A DNA stretch of 64,000 nt from Eubacteriales bacterium (GTDB taxonomy: Bacteria; Bacillota; Clostridia; Oscillospirales; CAG-272): contig JAZSPB010000076.1 in the NCBI GenBank assembly GCA_045537235.1, forward strand, positions 41 to 64,040, read 5' to 3'. The position numbers and the translations under genes are program-made. Shown here piece after piece: positions 59,633 through 64,000 of the stretch (position 1 is the first letter of the stretch; every line of letters starts with the position of its first letter). The notes below the pieces were generated by a model. The model was not told where the DNA came from, did no database searches, and saw only the letters and a list, made by a program, of their open reading frames with translations.

Positions 59633-60911
59633 AAATCCGAATCTCGGTGAAAAATATTTCCGTTTTACTCATAAAAGCGGATTGGATATCTATGTGTTCC
59701 CCAAAAAGCTATCATCCTGCTATGCCGTGTTCGGAACCAAGTACGGCTCTATTGACAACTGTTTCCAAATCAAGGGAAGGAAGGATTTTATTCAGGTTCC
59801 CGACGGGATCGCTCACTACTTGGAGCACCGTATGTTTACCCAATCGGACGGAAGTGATATTACTGAGCGGTTTTCCGATTGCGGTGCGGATTCCAATGCG
59901 TATACGACCTATACAAAGACGGTCTATCTTTTCAGCACCACCGAGCAGGTAGAGGAGGCTTTATCGGCGCTCTTGGATTTTGTTACCGATCCGCACTTTA
60001 CCCCGGAGTTGGTGGAGCGCGAGCGCGGCATTATCGTTCAAGAGATCCGAATGGGCGAAGATAATCCCTATAACCGTTGCTTTGACCAAATGATGGAGGC
60101 GCTTTATCACTGTCACAGTGTCAGGAGTAATGTGGCCGGCACTGCTGAATCGGTAGGAGAGATTACGGCCGATATGTTGAATCAGTGCTATCAAACCTTC
60201 TATAATCCGAAAAATATGGCTCTTGTGGTGTGCGGTGATATTGCACCGGAAACCGTTGCCGCGATTGCGGACAAAACTCTCCCCGCGAATTTTGTGTCTA
60301 AAGAGATAGAGCGACATTATGCCGATGAGCCGGAAACGGTAAGGTCGGCAGTGATCGAATGTGAGATGGCGGTTTCCAAACCCATGTTTTCCATTGGCAT
60401 TAAGGATTCTTGCATTCCCGAAGATGACTGTGAGAGGATGCACCGTTACGCCGCCATGTCGATCCTTTGCGATGCTGTCTTTTCCCGCTCGGGAGAGCTT
60501 TACAACTCTATGTTTGAGGACGGCATGATCTCTCCCGATTTTTCTGCATCGTATTCGATCGCGCAGACCTTTGCTTTTACCGCGATTTCGGGCGATGCGG
60601 ATGATCCCATGACTGTGCTTGCCCGAATCAAAAAGCACTTGACCGAGCTTGCACAAAAGGGAATTGCTCCCGAGGATGTGGAGCGAAGCCGACGTGTGCT
60701 GTATTCGGAATACGTCAAGGATTTCGACTCCACCGAGGAGATCGCCAACAATATGATCGACTTCATCATGGACGGTGCCGATCTTTTGGATTTTGGCGAG
60801 CAGTTGAAAAGCGTCACCGTAGAAGAACTGAACCAATTGCTTCACACCGCTTTTCGTGATGAATATTTTGCAATTTCGGTCGTTCGACCGCAGAGAAAGG
60901 AGAAAATATGA
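59610..60911 (+). CDS. M16 zinc peptidase (YmfH-like)
   Basis: PDGIAHYLEHRMF, NAYTT and ERGIIVQEI. Confidence 0.9.
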   Translation: MSTMTLFENPNLGEKYFRFTHKSGLDIYVFPKKLSSCYAVFGTKYGSIDNCFQIKGRKDFIQVPDGIAHYLEHRMFTQSDGSDITERFSDCGADSNAYTTYTKTVYLFSTTEQVEEALSALLDFVTDPHFTPELVERERGIIVQEIRMGEDNPYNRCFDQMMEALYHCHSVRSNVAGTAESVGEITADMLNQCYQTFYNPKNMALVVCGDIAPETVAAIADKTLPANFVSKEIERHYADEPETVRSAVIECEMAVSKPMFSIGIKDSCIPEDDCERMHRYAAMSILCDAVFSRSGELYNSMFEDGMISPDFSASYSIAQTFAFTAISGDADDPMTVLARIKKHLTELAQKGIAPEDVERSRRVLYSEYVKDFDSTEEIANNMIDFIMDGADLLDFGEQLKSVTVEELNQLLHTAFRDEYFAISVVRPQRKEKI

Positions 60912-61777
60912 AAGACATCGTAACCATTTCTTTTCCCGGCCTCGGCATTGAGGAATTTGAAGTCAATAAGGTGCTCTTTTCCATCGGTTCGCTAAGTGTT
61001 CGGTGGTACGGCATCTTTGTGACTCTTGGCATTTTAGCAGCGTTTGTTTATGTTTTTTACCGCGTTAAACAGTCTGAGTTCAATCCGGATGATATCTTGG
61101 ATATTGGGCTTTTCACCGTGATCTCAGGTGTGATCGGTGCAAGACTTTACTGGGTGATCTTTTTTGGCAATATCAAGTCCTTCTGGGATATTTTTGCCGT
61201 ATGGAATGGCGGACTTGCCATTTACGGCGGTATCATCGGCGGTGTGCTGGCTATCTTCCTTACGGCTCGCTACAAAAAAATGAAATTCCTTCCGTTGGCC
61301 GATATGGCAGGCCCCGGCGTGATGATCGCTCAAGCCATTGGTCGCTGGGGAAATTTCTTCAACGGTGAGGCACACGGCGGCGTTGTGGCAGAGGGAAGCC
61401 CCTTGTACTTCCTTCGGATGGGACTTTATCCCAACGATATTGACGGTGTATTTGGCATGGCATATGTTCATCCCACCTTCCTTTATGAGTGTCTGTGGAA
61501 TGTTTTGGGCTTTGTGCTTATCAACATTTTTTATAAAAAGAGACGCTTTGACGGTGAAGTGGCGCTTTGGTACTTGGCTTGGTACGGATTCGGCAGAATG
61601 TTCATTGAGGGACTTCGTACCGACAGCCTGATGATCGGTCCCTTCCGCGTGTCGCAATTGCTGGGCGGTGCCTGCTTTGTTGTATTTACTGCTATTTGGA
61701 TCGTGGGAAGCGTTCGTTATCACAAACGGAAAATGGCCGAGGGAACTGTTCCCGCAGTGGCTGATGAACAGGAATAA
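60908..61777 (+). CDS. lgt: Prolipoprotein diacylglyceryl transferase
   Basis: VRWYG, GARLY, GGLAIYGG, IGRWGNFFN, HPTFLYE and EGLRTD. Confidence 0.97.
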   Translation: MKDIVTISFPGLGIEEFEVNKVLFSIGSLSVRWYGIFVTLGILAAFVYVFYRVKQSEFNPDDILDIGLFTVISGVIGARLYWVIFFGNIKSFWDIFAVWNGGLAIYGGIIGGVLAIFLTARYKKMKFLPLADMAGPGVMIAQAIGRWGNFFNGEAHGGVVAEGSPLYFLRMGLYPNDIDGVFGMAYVHPTFLYECLWNVLGFVLINIFYKKRRFDGEVALWYLAWYGFGRMFIEGLRTDSLMIGPFRVSQLLGGACFVVFTAIWIVGSVRYHKRKMAEGTVPAVADEQE

Positions 61778-61802
61778 ACAAAACTCAAAAAGGAGATAAA
61801 AA

Positions 61803-62657
61803 ATGGCAAAAATCATTGACGGAAAAGCAATCTCTGCACAGATCAGACAGGAGATCGCACAGCAGACCAAGCAGTTTGCGGAAGAAAGCGGATTTCTTCC
61901 CGGACTCGCTGTTGTTATCGTAGGACAAGATCCTGCCTCTCAAGTATACGTACGCAATAAACGCCGCGCCTGTGAGGAGGTCGGTTTCTATTCCGAAGCC
62001 TACGAGCTTCCCGAAAGCACCACCCAGGAAGAGCTGGAAACACTTGTGGACAAGCTGAACAACGATCCCAAGATCCACGGTATCCTTGTTCAACTGCCTC
62101 TCCCCAAGCATCTTGACGAGACGGCAGTGCTTCTCAAGATTCGCCCCGACAAGGACGTGGATGCATTCCATCCTTATAATGTGGGCAAGATCATGATCGG
62201 AGATTACAGCTTTTTGCCTTGTACTCCTGCCGGAGTTATGGCGCTTTTAGAGCGAACCGGCGTAGAGATCGCAGGAAAAAATTGTGTGGTGATCGGTCGT
62301 TCCAATATTGTGGGGAAGCCGATGGCAATGCTGTTGCTTCATGCTAATGGTACCGTAACTATCTGTCACAGCAAGACGAAAAATCTTGCCGAAGTGTGCC
62401 GCGAGGCGGATATTCTCGTGGTGGCGATCGGACGTGCCGATTTTGTGGGTGCCGATATGGTCAAGCCCGGTGCCGTAGTTATCGATGTGGGTATGAATCG
62501 TAAGGCTGACGGAAAATTGACGGGAGATGTGAATTTTGCCGAAGTGGAGCCGATCGCAGAAGCCATTACACCGGTTCCCGGCGGCGTTGGTCCCATGACC
62601 ATCACCATGTTGATGCAGAACACGCTGACCGCCGCACGCGATACTTTGAAGAAATGA
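61803..62657 (+). CDS. folD: Methylenetetrahydrofolate dehydrogenase/cyclohydrolase
   Basis: YVRNK, KDVDAF, PCTPAG, GRSNIVGKP and TPVPGGVGPMT. Confidence 0.97.
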   Translation: MAKIIDGKAISAQIRQEIAQQTKQFAEESGFLPGLAVVIVGQDPASQVYVRNKRRACEEVGFYSEAYELPESTTQEELETLVDKLNNDPKIHGILVQLPLPKHLDETAVLLKIRPDKDVDAFHPYNVGKIMIGDYSFLPCTPAGVMALLERTGVEIAGKNCVVIGRSNIVGKPMAMLLLHANGTVTICHSKTKNLAEVCREADILVVAIGRADFVGADMVKPGAVVIDVGMNRKADGKLTGDVNFAEVEPIAEAITPVPGGVGPMTITMLMQNTLTAARDTLKK

Positions 62658-63358
62658 TAGGAATTCGAGTTGCCGATATCAATATCCTTTTGCAAAATCG
62701 GTACGCGTATACCGAGGCGCTTTGCCGAGAGTATGTGACAGAGTTTGCGCATCCCGATTTTTCAGTGGTCGCAACCGATAAGGATATTGCCGAGGAAATA
62801 AAGATTGCCGACATTCCCATTGATGCCGATTACGCCGAGTCGGTCTGCCTCCATCGAGAGATTGCGGAGCGGTTATGGGCGCACGATGCCTTCCTGCTTC
62901 ATTCTGCACTGATCGAGTGCGATGGAGAGGGATATGCTTTTGCTGCAAGAAGCGGTGTAGGAAAATCAACTCACATAGGGCTTTGGAAAAAGAATTTCGG
63001 TGACCGTGTGCGCATTATCAACGGAGATAAACCCATTATAAGGTTGACCGAGGAGGGAATTATGGCCTACGGAACGCCGTGGAACGGAAAAGAGCGGTAC
63101 GGAGAAAACCGTCGGTGTCCGCTTCGTGCGCTTTGTTTCCTTGAACGCGGTATTGAGAATGCCATTGTTCCCATTTCCACCGACGAAGCCGTTTCCCGAA
63201 TTTTCCCCCAGATATATCTTCCCAAAAGTGCCGAAGGTGCCACGGCAACACTGGATCTTTTAGATTCGTTTGTTGATCGCGTTTCCTTCTTCCGCCTTGC
63301 TTGCAACATGGAGGACGAAGCGGCTCTTGTGGCACATCAAGCCATGTCTGCGTTTTAA
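62654..63358 (+). CDS. HPr-kinase-like P-loop protein
   Basis: LLHS, ARSGVGKSTH, INGDKP and YGTPWNGK. Confidence 0.75.
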   Translation: MIGIRVADINILLQNRYAYTEALCREYVTEFAHPDFSVVATDKDIAEEIKIADIPIDADYAESVCLHREIAERLWAHDAFLLHSALIECDGEGYAFAARSGVGKSTHIGLWKKNFGDRVRIINGDKPIIRLTEEGIMAYGTPWNGKERYGENRRCPLRALCFLERGIENAIVPISTDEAVSRIFPQIYLPKSAEGATATLDLLDSFVDRVSFFRLACNMEDEAALVAHQAMSAF

Positions 63359-63364
63359 GAAAGG

Positions 63365-63640
63365 ATGAGCAATATGAAGATCAAAAACGGATTTATCGCA
63401 AGAAAAGTAGGAGGCAATCGCGTAGTTGTAGCTACGGGTGAGGCAAGCCGTCAATTCAGCGGCGTGATTCATCTCAATGGTTGCGGCGGTCTTCTTTGGG
63501 ATGTGTTGACCAAGGGAGCCGACAGAACGACCTTGGTAGCGGCGGTCTTGGATACTTATGATATTGATCGAACAACCGCCGAAAAAGATGTGGATTCCTT
63601 TGTATCAACACTTCGTGAGGCGGGCGTGTTGGATGATTGA
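63365..63640 (+). CDS. PqqD-family (RRE) protein
   Basis: MKIKNGFIARKV, LNGCGGLLWDVL and YDID...DVDSFVSTLREAGVL. Confidence 0.85.
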   Translation: MSNMKIKNGFIARKVGGNRVVVATGEASRQFSGVIHLNGCGGLLWDVLTKGADRTTLVAAVLDTYDIDRTTAEKDVDSFVSTLREAGVLDD

Positions 63641-64000
63641 CTTTTCTCTTGACGAATACATTCCCCTCATACGCGAGGTTATAGGCAGCGGCGGTGAGTT
63701 TCGGCTGTATCCCCACGGCACCAGTATGTTACCGCTTTTGCGTCAAGGTGTCGATTCTGTAGCCTTGGTTGCGTGCCAAGAAATGAGCCGTGGCGATATT
63801 CTCTTATATCAACGGGCAAACGGTCAATATGTCCTCCACCGTCTAATGCGCATTCACCGCGACGGAAGCTTGCTGTTCAGCGGGGATAACCATATGACCG
63901 TTGAGAAGGGAATTGCCCCAAACGATATTATCGCGACCGTTACTGCTGTCTACCGCGGTGAAAAGCGAAAAGAACGCAATTCTTTTTGGATGCGATTGTA
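63633..64000 (+). CDS. S24/S26-family peptidase-like protein, truncated by the window end (not in the ORF track)
   Basis: My translation from ATG 63633: MIDFSLDEY...GTSMLPLLRQG...GDILLYQR...YVLHRL...GDN; open to the window end. Confidence 0.8.
   Translation, partial: MIDFSLDEYIPLIREVIGSGGEFRLYPHGTSMLPLLRQGVDSVALVACQEMSRGDILLYQRANGQYVLHRLMRIHRDGSLLFSGDNHMTVEKGIAPNDIIATVTAVYRGEKRKERNSFWMRL

Overview
Chromosomal segment of a spore-forming Firmicute, most likely Clostridia (inferred from gene content and order). Most of it is housekeeping and sporulation genes: whiA, dnaE, PBP1A, spoIIAA-spoIIAB-sigF, a two-component system with htrA, ychF, trmB, truB, a glycogen operon, yajC, rimM-trmD, HPr, uvrC-rsmD-coaD, spoIVA, M16 peptidases, lgt and folD. 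The standout feature lies just after spoIVA. A LysM2-GH18 spore hydrolase gene (YdhD/YaaH-SleL family) is split inside its conserved MTYEWGY motif: 5' half 48205-49052, 3' half 56487-56945. A ~7.4-kb element separates the halves. It is bounded by a TATGAATG direct repeat, its joined ends form a 12-bp perfect inverted repeat (attP-like), and it encodes a SpoIVCA-sized large serine recombinase behind a sigmaE-type promoter. Precise excision would rebuild a 432-aa protein, which points to a skin-like developmental rearrangement at a target gene I do not know as described. Unusually, the element also carries rpmB (L28), an intact enolase, a DUF6873-like gene and relics of a phage polyvalent-protein gene with a nested ORF and antisense hairpin RNAs. 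Other observations: RBS-sequestering hairpins overlapping sigmaE promoters, a TrmB-nitroreductase fusion, a catalytically eroded GlgB, an RRE-only relic at the SCIFF locus, a dispersed long palindromic repeat family and a PqqD/kinase/S26 cassette at the right edge. No rRNA, tRNA or CRISPR array was seen. All family assignments are by motif recognition, not database search.
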